Origin: Camelus dromedarius
Taxonomy: Eukaryota
DNA length: 64,000 bases
Direction of reading: 5' to 3'
NCBI RefSeq assembly: GCF_036321535.1
Contig: NC_087446.1
Location: 4,652,001-4,716,000, forward strand
Numbering within the stretch: position 1 is the first letter of the stretch; each line of letters begins with the position of its first letter. The translations under genes were made by a program, and so were the position numbers. Below are positions 51,494 to 64,000 of this stretch, in pieces. The notes beneath the pieces were generated by a model. That model was not told where the DNA came from, searched no databases, and worked only from the letters and a program-made list of their open reading frames with translations.

Positions 51494-51943
51494 GTCTATT
51501 TCAGTCTATGTCTCTGTCATGCATCCACTGCCTATAAGTGTGCTGGCTCCCGGGGAACAGACTTGCTTTCACTGGCAGTTGCTGGGAGAGGGTGGAGTCA
51601 GCACTGAAGGTCTTGGATAATACTGAGAGCTTATTCACCGAGCCATGAAGAGTTCAGATGGATATTCACTGCTATGGGCCAGAGGTTGCATCACTAGTGA
51701 CTAGCATCGTCCAGCCTGCCAGATGGCGAACTCTCTTGCCCAAGCAGCGTGCCCCGCAGTGGGCCCTTAATGGTGTTTATTGAATGAATGACTGAGTGAA
51801 TGGATGCTAAAGTGATACCCTTTCTTCGTGCCTGGTGTCATCTGGATGCTTCTTCAAATTTAAGCACCAACACGTTTTCTTAACTCATAGACCCACATCT
51901 GATCTACAAATTCATTCCAACTATTCTTTAGTAACTTAGGAGA

Positions 51944-52330
51944 TGTCTTAGATGGGTCCCTCCAGAAGTGACCCAGAGACCAGGGTTTGAGTGCAGGCTG
52001 GTCCCAGGAGGCATTAGGAGGGGAGTGGAGACGTTCAAAGGGAGAGGCTTCTCAGTGGGAGGGTGACTCCTATGGGCAGATGGGGCTCAGTCCTCCAGGG
52101 TCCTTGAGGACAAACCGCACATTGTGGTTGGAAGGGGGGGGAACTGCGGTGTTAGTCTTCCAGCTCTCGTCTGCCCCTGAGGTCCCGGGAGCAGCTATCC
52201 CAGCACTGAGGTCAGCCAGGAGCAGGTCGGGCATAAAGTGGCGGGAGATCGAAGTAGGAAGCTGACCGTGGGCAGGGAGGGCCACGTGGAGGTAAGAGGA
52301 GCACAAACAGCAGGCACCAAGCATCTCGAC
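51944..52330. mobile_element. MLT1-like (MaLR) LTR remnant
   Basis: tgtcttagatgggtccctccagaag...gagaccagggtttgagtgcag...ggggctcagtcctcc. Confidence 0.5.
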
Positions 52331-52723
52331 CAGACAAGCGGCTCGCAGCCTAGGGGAAGGGACAGGAGCCTGCCACAAACGGGGGGGCCCCATGGGATGG
52401 TGCGGTCAATGCTGTGTCGGGGGAGCCCGCCATGCAGCGGGCTGACCGGTGGGCATTTTGGAAGGCTTCCTGGACTCTGTCAGGAAGTTCATAGTCTTCA
52501 CCGACCGCTTCCTTGGTTCTTGGTACCGCGCTGCATTGGTGCTGGGGACACAGCTGCGGAAACCAGGGGAAACAGCCAGAGGAGCAGCAAAGGCTGTTTA
52601 CGCGGTGCTGGCTGCAGCAGGGCGTCGGCGCCATCACGTTCACTTGGCAGAGACTCCAAGGCAGGCAAAGAGGGGGCGGAAGGGAAAGGCTTCAGGTGCG
52701 GACAGAGACTCTCCTCCACCAAA

Positions 52724-53154
52724 TGTTAGTCAGCCTCCTCTCAGCTCCTTTCCCAAGACCTGTCCTTGAGCTTTGTCACCAAGAGTAAGAATCCTCCAGG
52801 TCAGCTTAGCAAAAGCCCCCAACCCTCAACATCTGATCAAATGTCCTCATCTCCCACCAACCCTCAAGGGATGTCTGATCGCCCTGGTCTGCCTTCAGTA
52901 AGCATCCTATTAGGAAAGCTTAGCAAGAATCACCCTACCCTCTTAGTAATTTCCATCCCCCTCCCCAGCCCACCACCATTTACAGATCCTTGACTGTAAA
53001 TCCTCACTTTTCCTTGTCGTGTTCCTCGAGTTGAGCCCAAGCTCTCTCCCCACTGTAAAAGCCGATTGCAGTGGTCCCCAGACCTGTTGAGATGGCCCTG
53101 AAAAAAATCAGTCTTCCCATTTTAACTGGTGTCCTGAACAGTTTGTCCTATGAC
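52724..53154 (+). mobile_element. MER31-like ERV1 LTR
   Basis: Internal repeated blocks (aagaatcctccaggtcagcttagcaa / catcctattaggaaagcttagcaagaatc) and gagttgagcccaagctctctcc. Confidence 0.6.
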
Positions 53155-54739
53155 GGGATGCGCTGCTCAGAGGCTGTCGGTCTGGGGAAGCTGGAGGTGG
53201 GCTACCCAGGATGTCCACTGTGATTGGTTAGGGAGCACATTTGGCTTCCTTTGGTATGAAGTGGGAGGCAGGGACAAAAAGGAGGGAAGCTGTCAGGGAC
53301 TGATCCGGTCCTGGTCATTTGAGGCTTTTGGTTACGGGGTTATTGTTTGGCTTCCAGGACTAGTTGCTAGAGATAGTGGTCTGACTTCCTACAATTCTGA
53401 CTTAACGAGCTGGCTACTGTAGGTGATGGGTTGGTTTCCCGGGCTGCTTGCTGCAGAATTTTATGTTTATATGTGGTTTGGCTGCTGTCCATTCGAATAT
53501 TCGTTCTCTAGTCAGGGAAGATGAATGGGAACTATGCTTACAATAAATAAAAAACAACAACAAAGATAAAGTATAGGCAACTCTTCCAAAACAAGGGAAT
53601 TGCCAGCAATAATCTATGACCATCTTCTCTGTCCATTCATCCAGATTGTTTCTATATCTTGGTTATTGGGAATAAAAGAAATGATAATAACGTGATGAGG
53701 TAGAGATTCTAGCTAAGGCTACAATGGCAATTATCTGTAATATATAAATGTATCAAACTGACATGCATATACCTGAAACTTACGTAATGTTATATGTCAA
53801 ATATGTTTCAATAAAAACTAATAATAAAAGAACCAAAAAAATCAATCAACCGATCAATCAATAAATGACACAACATCAGTGGGAGTCAAGTATCATTGGA
53901 AAGAGAAACAAAGGGAGTGCGTGGGGGAGCCACTGAGCTGGGAGTGAGGCAGCGTGCGGGGGAGGGGCAGCGCGGGGGCGGGGTAGCCAGGGAAGGCTTC
54001 TGGGAACGTAGGTTCCCCAACAACACACGGAGCTAGAGGGATGAGCCTAGTGAAAATGGGAGGGGGGAGGGAGCCAGCCAGAAGGAGACACAGTTGAGCT
54101 GGATCGACAAGGTTGACAAGTTCAGGACCAGGTAAACTTGCCGGAGGCTGGAAGATAGAGCAGGTACGGTGGAGGGAGTTGCCAAGAGAGGGGAGGGATT
54201 GGGCGCCCAAGGGCCTGGGAGGGCCCAGCAAGGAGTCTAGGTCTGGTTTTTTGTTGCAGTGGCAAGCCCTCAAGGATCTGGGCAGGGGAGTGACACAGAT
54301 TTATTAACCAACCTGCCTGGAGTCCAGCATTCTCTGGATGGGACTTAGCCGGCTTAGTCGGCTCGTGAGCTTGGATGGGAAAGCAGTACAGCGTTACAGG
54401 CACCGCCTCCACCTTTCTGAAGTGTGGGACTGCCCTCAGACACAGGTGGAGGGAACACACCTGCGGTAGAAGTACCTGTGACTTGGTTCTCAGTGGAAAC
54501 CACAGACCTTTCCACATCACATTACAGTTGAAGATCTCAAGATAATAGTTGTGCTTGTTACTTTGAAATTATCATGTCTGAAGAGCCCCCCTGCTAGATC
54601 ACATTGAAGGCATGAACAAAGAAGCTTATCTCTTACGGGGTCACAATTAAAATGTAGTTTGATAATTGTATTTGGCAATAAGTCGTTCCATTTCGCTTGT
54701 TTAAAACATTCTTCTGAGATGCGGTGACTGGCTCCATGA

Positions 54740-55320
54740 TGAACTGGTTGTGGGCAGCTTGCGGAGAAGAGACTCTGGGGGAGGAGGCAGGCCTTGGGGG
54801 GACACTACAGGCACCCAGGAGGGGGGCAGCCTGGACCAGTTGGTGATGGAGAGATGTGATTGGCTTTGAGAACTACTTTGGAGGTAGAGAAAAATGGACT
54901 TACTGGTGGATTGGAGATGAGTGTGAAGGGAAAGAGGGGACAGGGAAGGATTTGGGAAGACAGATGGGGGTTCTGCCTTGGTCATGCTGAGCTGGAGAGG
55001 CTGCTGAACCACTGAGTGAATGTCAGGTCAGAGAGTTGGATGGACAGGTCTGGAGCTCAGGGGAGAAGCCAGAGCACACGATTTGAGGGTCGTTGGGGGT
55101 AGAGATGATATTTAAAGACTAGAGGAGAATGTCCAGGAGGGGTAAATAGAGAAACAGGGAGGACAGAGCCTGGGGCAGCCCCTGCTCGGAGGTCTGGGAG
55201 GAAGGGGAGGTGCCAGGAAGGAAGGAGAGAGCTGGTGTCCTAGACACCTTGAGAAGGACGATGAGGGCAGGTAACCGGCCTGGCTTTGGCAATGCAGACA
55301 AGACTATCTTGGGGGTGGGG
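54740..55320 (-). mobile_element. L2 LINE remnant
   Basis: Purine-rich block with ggtctggagctcaggggagaag...gatgatatttaaag, typical of L2. Confidence 0.6.
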
Positions 55321-55789
55321 GTGGGAGAGGGACAAAAATCTCAGCTGGATGGGTGGGGAAAGAATGAGGACCCCAGAGGCATCAGCTCTCTGAAGAAGTT
55401 GGAGGGAGAGGTGGGCGTCAGTGAAGTGAGGGCTTTTTAAAGAGGTTGGCGTTCAAGTGCATTTGGGGCAGCAGGGACAGGTCAAGGAGAGGCGTGGATG
55501 GCGCAGAAGATGGAGGGATCCAGTGAGGGGAGGAGGATGCCGAGGGAGCAGTTGCCTTTAGTCAAGGTGGGAAGAAATCAGCCACTGACCACCGTGACGG
55601 GAACAGGCGTGAGTGCTGTCAACACAAGAAGGCATTGCATTTCTGGGAAGAACCAGGTCACTGATGAGAGAGGTTGAAGGAGGAGGGTGTCAGGTTGTAA
55701 GAATGGTGCATAAAGGACAAGAGTAAGGGAGGTGAGTTTCTCAGAGAAGGGCAGAGACCTGAGCTCCCACACTGAAAGGCAGCCCGCAG

Positions 55790-56099
55790 TCTCACAGATT
55801 AGATTCAACAACCAAATCTAAATCCCAGCCTAAGCCTGTAAATGCCTCAAGGCGACAAGATAGAAGCCAAAGGACAGCCAATCACACGCAGCCCTACCAG
55901 CTCCCCAGGTAAGGCCAGTGCTTAAGCCACAGCCAATCGAGCATCGTCCTTGTTTGCTTGGCTTTGCCTTCCTGTCTAGTCCCAGCTCCTGTTGGAGCGT
56001 TCCTTACCACTTCCTGCTGGTTCCCCCCAAATCGAATCGATTTTTGCTAAAAAAAAAAAAAAACTCAACATTTTTAATATGCCTCAATTTTTCTTTTAA
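55790..56099 (+). mobile_element. LTR-like remnant (ERV1)
   Basis: Twin cagccaatc motifs and a U5-like end tttttgctaaa...tttttaatatgcctca. Confidence 0.45.
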
Positions 56100-57039
56100 G
56101 GTGGACCAGAGAAAGTAACCTGTGGAAAGAGGGAAATGAGGGCCTGAAAGGGGCTGTGGGTCAGGCAAGGCTGTGGGGTCAGTGTCTAGGGTGTCAGTGG
56201 GGCTGGAGCATCGCTGGGGCAGGGGAGCGGGTGGGGGTCCTGGGATGGGAGCATTGTAATAGGGTCCTGGGGTGACCTGGTGAGGGTGTGACATGGGCAG
56301 GGGGTGGAGGGCAAGGCCATCTGAGGAGCCCCTGGGACTGAGAGGCTAGAATGTGGGTGCACATTCCCCAGGGATGGAGCCGGAGCTGGCGGAGAGAAAG
56401 CGCTGAGCCAGGGCGTGAGGCCCGCAGGGCGGTTCTCAGCAACCGGGGCAGGTCAGGACGGCGAGGCCGGCCTGGGAGTCACAGCGACGGGGGCTTTGAA
56501 GAGGGGAGGGGAGGAGAGGAGAGGAGAGGAGCTGGAAGAGAGGTGAGGAGCCAGGAGGCTGCGGCAGGGACGGAACCCAGCCTCTAGGTGGGGCGCAGCG
56601 TCTCCCTTTGGGGACAGCGGGGCGGAAGCCGAGGATGGAGGGGGCGGGGTTTGCTAATGACCTCGCGGGGGGGAGGGGGCAGGGCAGGGAGGGGGCTCAG
56701 CAGGGACGCAGGAGCTGCGGGAAGCGGGGCAAGGCTGGGCTGCCCTTTTCCGGATATCAAAGAGCGCAGAGCAGTGGGAGAGAGACTGTGACTGAGAGCT
56801 TGGTTTCTGAGGTAGGAGCCCAGGTCACCTACTCAGGGCAAGGGCCTGAGGCAGGTGTATCAGTGTTTGAAAATCAGGGGAGAGTTTCTAATTAGGAGAC
56901 CTAATTATCCTTCTTTTAACGGAAACAACAAGGCCGAGGTTCAGAGGCTCAGAGCCCTGGGACCCATCAAAGGATGACTGACCAGCTCCGGTTCTCACCC
57001 TGCCTCAGCGGCTTCCACACTGGGAACATTGACAAGTGA

Positions 57040-57290
57040 AGGGTGGGGGTATACTTTAGGAGTTTGAAATTTACAAATGTTAGCCACTATATATAAAAAT
57101 AGATTTTTTAAAAGTTTCTTTTGTATAGCACAGGAAACTATGTTCAATATCTTGTAATAACCTTTAATTGAAAAAATATGAAACTGAGTATATGTACGCA
57201 TATGCATGGCTGGGACATTGTGCTGTATACCAGAGATTGACACATTGTAATGGACTGTACTTCAATAAAAATAAGTAATAAAATAAACAA
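57040..57290 (+). mobile_element. Lineage-specific L1 3' end with A-rich tail
   Basis: tgtatagcacaggaaactatgttcaatatcttgtaataacc...actgtacttcaataaaaataagtaataaaataaa. Confidence 0.8.
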
Positions 57291-59594
57291 AGTGCGTCTG
57301 AGATGATGGGGCCCCCTACCTTCTCTGGCCCAGGCAGGGGTTGGGTAGCACCAAACGGCCACTGGGGGAGGGCCCACGCCAGGCACTCCGGACTGTCCAC
57401 GGCGAGGCCACTCATCTTTAGTGGATCCAGCCAAGCACCAGCAGACGCAGTTTTGAGACAACGGCTTCTCACCAAAGATCTGTTAAGCGGTACATGTTCA
57501 TCAGTCTGCAACAGTGTGACAGCAGATGGACACCCTTATGACTGAGGGACAGTGAGAGTCAACTGGCAGTGTCCCCATCTTTCCCCCAAGGATGCAGAAA
57601 GGCTGCCGAGGTCCGGCCTACCCACGGTGGAGGGAACTCAGAGCGCTTCAAACCCAGCATGGGGCTGTGGGCCAGTCACACTGCATCTACACGCCTGACC
57701 TGTGTTTTGGGGCCAAGCCACGGCCACCCTTCATCCTCTCTCTGGGGCCCTTTCCCCAGCCCTCCTCCCTCCCCTCACCAGCCAGGGGACTAGGCTGACC
57801 ATCAGCAGTCTGCAGCCAACAGGGGCAGAGCTGGGGTGGGGGTGGGGGGCAGACAGTTCAGAAACTCTGTGTGTTGGGGGTGGGGGGAGCACCCCAAATG
57901 CTCCTGATGTCCTCCCCCAACCCCAGCTTGAAATCCAGTTTTAAAAATCGGAACAGCTGATGGCGGAACTGAAAAGCCTGCAGTTTGTGTGTCAGAAACG
58001 TGGGTTGCCGCGTCGATGCACATTACTTTACTTAAAAAAGAACCCAAACCCTCTTATATCTAAAGTGACCTGGAGGCATTTGTGATGAAGGAAACAGGTT
58101 CCCCTGGAAAGAAACTTCGAGGAGAGCAGCAGGGGAAGGAGGCACCGAAGCCAGCCTTAGGAACCCATGCCCCACTTTTAAAAACTCGGAGAAGGATCCA
58201 GGCCAACCGCAAACTCAAGTAACTCCGGACGCTGTTCTGAATGCTGTGGTGCTGACCGGCGGCCCCTGGGAGCGAGGCAGGCCTGCACAGCCCGGCTTGC
58301 ACAAGGGGCCCAGCTGAGCAGGAACGGCTGGCCTCCTTCTGGAAGAAAAGATCACTGGCTGGAAACAGAAGCACCTGGGTTGACCCAGTTGGCAGGGCAC
58401 AGACGTGACGGATGAGGTCATCAGAGACACCAGGACACAAACAGCTGCCCCATTTCAAGAGCCTCAGGTGACATGAGGTGGCTGGGGTGGAATTTCTGGC
58501 TTGACCCTGCCTCTAGCAACAGCCCTGAGATGGGCTGGCCTGTCCTGTTACCCAGAGAGGCCAGCTGGTCAGGAGCTGCAGACGTGACCAACTCGTTTGT
58601 GGCCTGACATAAACTCACAGGAGGCTGGGAGCAGGGGGAGGCCTCTCTGGGTCCCGCAGGGAAGTCGGGACCAGGCTGGATTGGCATCTGCGTCTGGGTG
58701 GCGTCACATGAGAATACACCAGATGAGCTTATTTCTTAAAAGCAAGAGGAAAAGTCAGAGACTGTGGGAAGCAGATAGAGCTCACTTTCAAAGGACTCCT
58801 GACCTCTGCCAAGACCTTGGAAGAACATCAGTGATAAAGGTCATTCTCCAAATAATTGACTGAAGAAATGGGGGAGGGTGGGGGCAGACCAGCTTGGGGC
58901 TCTGACCGCAGTGGACACGGCAGGGAGGGTGGCTGGGCTGGAGAGCAAAAGATGGCACCAAGAGAACGGACAGTTGATGGGATGTGGGGACCAGCCTCCA
59001 GTGGTCCGTGGGGGCAAACCTGAATTCTTTTTGGATGTGCTTCTGTGCAAGACTGCCCTCGGGTGACTATCTCCAGGAGATCTCAGACAGCCACCCCAAG
59101 GTTTGCAAAACACAATTCCTGGAGCACAAATTACAAAGAGGCTCACCTGATCCCCAGAACTGCTACTGCCCCACCCGCACTCCTGTCCCCACCCTGCCCA
59201 CACCTGCCAGGCTGGATCCCAGCCCCTCCCTACTCCTCTCTGCCCCAGGGCCATGGCTCTGCTCCTTCCTGGATGCTTGTCTTCTCATCCCTACCTGGTG
59301 AATCCTCTCTCAGTCTCCAAGACCCAGCTCGAATTTTGCCTTTTTTCTGAAGTCTCTTGGGTGTGTCCCCATGGAACTGCTGGCTGCTGAACTCCACCCT
59401 TCTGAGCTCACACTGGCCATCACAGCCTGCCTCATCCTGGCTTTAGCCCATCATTCCTGAATATGTGTCTTCCTCACTGAATGGGGGGCTCCCTGGGACA
59501 GCCACCCACTCACTCCTCTTGGAGACACCAGGGGTCTGGGAAGCACTACATGCCAGGAGATGTCAATTTCTTTCTTTCTTGACTATCCGATTTG

Positions 59595-60025
59595 ATCACC
59601 ACTAGCCATCTGTGCTACTGGGCATTAAAATATGGTTAAGGCACCAGAAGAATTGAATATATTTTATTTTCAGTCATTAAAATCTCAATTTACACACCAA
59701 AGCAGTATGAGGTATGGTCTCATTAAGCACAACTTTATCGTTTTGATAGGATTACGTTTTGTTGAAAATTTAATATCCTAATCGAGATATGTCTTAATAG
59801 CAAAAGGTTTAGAAGGTTTAGGAAAAAAAGAATAAAATCTCTTAGTAATCCTTACTTATATTTATTACAAGTTGAAATGATAATATTTAAGACATATTGA
59901 GTTAAATAAAATACATTATTAAAAATAATCTCACCTTTTTTCTTTTTACTTTTTTAATGTGGCTAGAAAAATAAAAATAGCATATAAAGCTTGCATTCTG
60001 TTTTTGTTAGGCTTTACTGTTCTAG
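59595..60025. mobile_element. hAT-Charlie (MER33/Charlie-like) remnant
   Basis: AT-rich insert from ccactagccatctgtgctactg to atgtggctagaaaaat...tactgttctaga. Confidence 0.6.
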
Positions 60026-60109
60026 ACTTTGAGGGGAAAAAAGGCTGGAAGAGGCACAGTGCACTAGCAGGCTTCATGACAAAGATCTGGCGTTCAAATG
60101 GCTGGAAAC

Positions 60110-60540
60110 TGCCTGTGAGGCATCAGTATGATAAGGTTTACCAGAAGGCTAATGAGATCCTGTGTCACATTAACAGAAGCAGAGTGTCCATAATGAAGGA
60201 GGTGAAACTCAGCACCGTGGCTATCCCAGGAGTAGGATTTTCCATGCTGGGTCTTGCATCTTAGAGGGGTGCTGGCCATCTGGAATAGGTTCAGAAGACT
60301 CACCCGGACATGGGCTGAGTCACAGGGGTATGAGGACTTGTTTGAGGTCCTGGGTACCTGTCCCTGCATGGCTGCCCCAGGCAGAGGGAGTGAGTATGTT
60401 CTGGGACCTCGGAGGGCTAAGCTGGAACCAGCAGCAGAAGGTGTGGGTAGGTAGACTCTCATAGTTAGATCTCTCTCGGGAAAGAGGGATCCCTTATGAG
60501 CAGTAAGCCCCCATCAACAGAGATGTGCAAGCAAGGCAAG
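60110..60540 (+). mobile_element. L3/CR1 LINE remnant
   Basis: aggctaatgagatcctgtgtcacattaacagaagcagagtgtcca (KANEILCHINRS), resembling the CR1 RT C-terminal region. Confidence 0.6.
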
Positions 60541-62156
60541 GTGACCACGGGGGTGACGGTAAGGGGACTTGAACATGAGCCGGTCCCTAGAGGTTCTCAG
60601 GGTCCTTTGGGGTTTCAGGCAGAGCTTCTCCAGGGCCCCGCACAGCTACGCCTGTGGGATGAGGAGGTCCTGGGATTTGTCTGATGTGGTCTGGTTCCCC
60701 ACCAGGGGCCAGAGTCAGCCATGGCCTCTGATTGCCCCCGAGCTGGGGCCCATTCTACAGAGAGCTGGGGGGTGCTTGCCACCAGGCTGGTGGGCCAGTT
60801 TAGGACAGTGTGAGCCCCCAGGCCCACAGTCTAGGAGGCAAGGATGCTGCTGCCCCAGACTTCCCAAGGCAGCTCGGAGAGCCCAAGAAATGAAGAATCC
60901 GACCCCAGAGCAGCAACTACAGGATTCACTGAGTAAGTAACAGGATGTTTGCTCATGCACAAGAGAATGTGGAATCTTCTTCATATGGAAATGCTGAAGT
61001 ATGGACCCCACTGGCGAGGTTGGTACCATGGGCCTCACGCACCGTCACCTGGCTGCAGCCATGAGCCACAAGCCTGTCCTGACAGGGCAACTTCTGGGAG
61101 CAGATTAGGGAAGCCAGGTTCTGTTTATAGAAGCCACACTCTGTTTTGCTCATGAGACCTTTCAAAGAGTAGTGAGGAAGTTGGGCAGGAAACTCCCTGG
61201 TGCAGCCAGCGCCTTGCTGTGTGGGGTGGAGTTTGTCACTGTCTGGGTCTCACCTGCCTCAGCTGGAAATGAGGAGCCCAGTTGAGATGTTTTCTGGACC
61301 CCAGAGACATGTCTGAAGCTGAGTTCATCACCTGCCCCCAAACCTGCTCAGTCTCCCAATCTCCATCTCAGCCCCGGGCACTGCTGTCCACCTAGTCACC
61401 CAGAGCAGAAAGCTGGGTGTCATCCAGACTGCTCCATCTCTTTCACTCCTAGTCTCTTCAGTCACAGGTTCTGCCCTTTGCCCTTCTGAATGCCTTCCAC
61501 TGTGACCCTCTTAATCCCAGCCCCATCACCACCACCGTCTCTGCTGCCTACTGCACCAGTCCCAGCCTCTGGTTACACTGCTCTTACTCTTCCACACAGA
61601 AGCCACATCCAGTGGGGATCACACTTACATTAAGATCTGGATCTTGATGCCCAAACTGCCACCTGCTTGATTTAGAGGATGGTCCATTTCCCCAAATGTT
61701 TATGAGATTCTCTGTGGGTGTTTATAACCCTCAAAGCCAGTCCCCACAACACCCTTGTGGAGGGACAAGTGTGATCACGACGCCTGCACCTGCTGCTCTC
61801 CATAGGTTACGTGTGTCAGCTGCTCTGGATGGCCGAGGGAGGGGTGCTATTGCTTCCCAGCATCCTTGGGTGTAATCTGAAACTGGACCCCAACTTGGGG
61901 GGCAGGGAGAGACCAAAGAAAGGGGTGAGCCACTCCACGTTGGTTGGTGGCAGATTTAATAAACAAGGGCCCTTACTTGTCAGACTTGTCTTGGGCAGCT
62001 GCAAGACAAGTAGATTTCTTCATGCACCCACCAGCATCTTCAAAGTTTATATGGGGGCTTTAGCTGGACTCAGTCACATCTCCAGTCTGGCTAGTCCAAC
62101 ACCATCAGCACCACATTTCTAATTCAAGGCCATATGCCTGGAACCCAAGGTAATTT

Positions 62157-63105
62157 ACGGATTCAATGCAATTGAAATACCACTGGCATTTTCCACAGAA
62201 CTATACAAGTATGTTTCACAGAACAAATAATTTTAAAATGTGCATGGAAACACAAAACCCCCCAAATAGCCAAAACAATCTTGAGAAAGGAAAACAGAGC
62301 TGGAGGGATCACACGCCCTGACTTCAGACTATACTACCAAGCTATGATCATCAAAACAGTATGGTACTAAGCTGCAAGGATATATTGTACAACATGGGGA
62401 ATATAGCCAACATATTATAATAACTATAAATGGAGTATAATCTTTGAAAATTGTGACTCATTATATTGCACACATGTAACTTATGTAAGATTGTATATCA
62501 ACTACACTTCAATTTTAAAAAACATTATGGTATAGGCACAAAAACAGACACATAGATCAGTGGAATAGAACAGAGCTCAGAAATAAACCCATGCATTTAT
62601 GATCAATTAATCTATGACAAAGGAGGCAAGAATATACAATGGAAAAACAGTCTCTTCAATACGTGGTGCTGGAAAAACTGGACAGCTACATGTAAAAAAA
62701 TGAAATTAGAACATTTTCTAACACTGTATACAAAAATAAACTCAAAATGGATTAAAGCCCTAAATGTAAGACTAGAAACCATAAAACGCCTAGAAGGGAA
62801 CACAGGTGGAACTCTGACATAAATTGTAGCAGTATTTTTTTGATCTGTCTCCTCAGGCAAAGGAAATAAAAGCAAAAATAAACAAATGGGACCTAATTAA
62901 ACTTAAAAGCTTTCACATATGAAAGGAAACCATAGACAAAATGAAAAGGTGGCATCTACTGAATGGGAAAAAAAAACATTTGTAAATGATACGACCGATA
63001 AGGGGTTAATATCCAAAATGCATAAACAGATCATGTGACTCACTATGTTGTGCACTTGAAACTTATATAATAGTGTAAATTAGCTATACCTCAGTTTTTT
63101 TAAAG
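62157..63105 (+). mobile_element. LINE-1 ORF2 fragment interrupted by a nested L1 3' end (62369-62518)
   Basis: ORF2-type sequence (cctgacttcagactatactac..aaaacagtatggtact; tatgacaaaggaggcaagaatatacaatgg; aaatgggacctaattaaacttaaaagctt), degraded. Confidence 0.85.
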
Positions 63106-64000
63106 TGGAAAACAAAGAAGACTGTATCCTTGGAGCAGCTTCTGGAAGCAGTGAGGACAAGCTGTACGCACATCCTAGGACAGGAAGCGGGGTGGAGCCT
63201 CCAGCTGCCCGGGTCCAGCTCGCAGGTCAACTGGCAGTCACATTTTTTGAAGGTCTCCTCCAACATCTGAACAGTGGCTCCCTCGGGGGCATCTCTGCTG
63301 TCTGTGTTGTCACGTCCTTGTGGGAATATGATGGCTGATGAGAGAGCGAGCAGGCTCCCCTGGCACCCCAGGCCCCACGGCCCAGCTGCCTGGGCCCCAC
63401 GTGATCTGTTCCTTTAATTCACCCTCTCCACCCCCTCCAGTGTTCTTCGATATCTCCTTTTCATTTGTGGTGCTTCTTTGTTCATCTTTACCTCTATGAT
63501 CTGAGTTGTTCCTTGCTTTGTATGTATGTGTTCCTTCTCATAATTTGGAAGGCCCATTGTCTGCTGGCAGTGATGCACGTAGGCGTCACCCTACCTGGTG
63601 AGGAAACAGGCTCAGAAAGGGGAAGTGACTTGCCTAAGGTGGCCCAGCCTGGGAAGCGTGAGCTGGGACCCAGCTCAGGTGTGTCGCCACAGGCTCCCGT
63701 CAGCTCCGCTGCTGCAAGGCCAGATCTACACCTGTGTGAGTAGGAAGGCAAGGAGTTTGGGGGAGGTTTGTGAGCCACCTTGCAGTGTGCGTGGGAGGGA
63801 CGGGGCTGAGGGGCAGTGGGAGGCAGCCTCAGGGGATGGGGTGAGAGGAGATGAGGCTGGGCCTGCTGGGCACCAGGGGAGGAGGGAAGAGGTGAGATGT
63901 TTGAGGAGACTGCAGCAGAGGGCTCGGTGAGCAGAGGCGTGAGCCAGTGGGGCCACAGGGGAGGCCCAGTGGTGCTGGGTTTCTAGCCTGGCACCAGGAG

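Noticed and set aside
52449..52769. Protein-like ORF (GILEGFLDSVRKFIVF...)
   Set aside because: Overlaps what looks like a decayed L2 3' end (gtgctggggacacagc) and an LTR edge; no ATG or splice support.
57370..57420. Possible ChREBP carbohydrate response element (CACGCC / CACGGC half-sites)
   Set aside because: Partner half-sites at 5-bp spacing match CAYGNG-N5-CNCRTG poorly.
47100..64000. PNPLA5, expected upstream of PNPLA3 by synteny
   Set aside because: No second patatin exon (GxSxG, DGG) found; it probably lies beyond the right edge.
1..64000. CRISPR arrays, operons or other prokaryotic systems
   Set aside because: The sequence is plainly mammalian with spliceosomal introns; no repeat-spacer array seen.

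Overview
Mammalian genomic DNA, most likely camelid (a tRNA-derived SINE resembling camelid Vic-1 lies at 9812-9983). Two spliced genes lie in tandem on the minus strand. PNPLA3 (adiponutrin) is complete: 9 coding exons, ATG at 46749, TAG at 31184-31186, 1296 nt, 431 aa. SAMM50 (mitochondrial Omp85-family beta-barrel assembly protein) has coding exons 1-14 here (ATG at 24535); its last exon lies beyond the left edge. Both genes have CpG-island promoters. The ~17 kb upstream of PNPLA3 is repeat-rich (LTRs, L1, L2, L3, MER elements) and contains no gene I can support. I found no wholly new biological system. The most notable oddities are: (1) a young ~1.2 kb direct duplication in PNPLA3 introns 3 and 5 that brackets the catalytic-Asp exon; (2) a PNPLA3 stop codon apparently at the position of human codon 434, with relic coding similarity beyond it; (3) a GC-AG intron in SAMM50; (4) a weakly defined, frame-symmetric PNPLA3 exon 6. 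Comparisons with human sequences and repeat-family names are from memory and need database confirmation.
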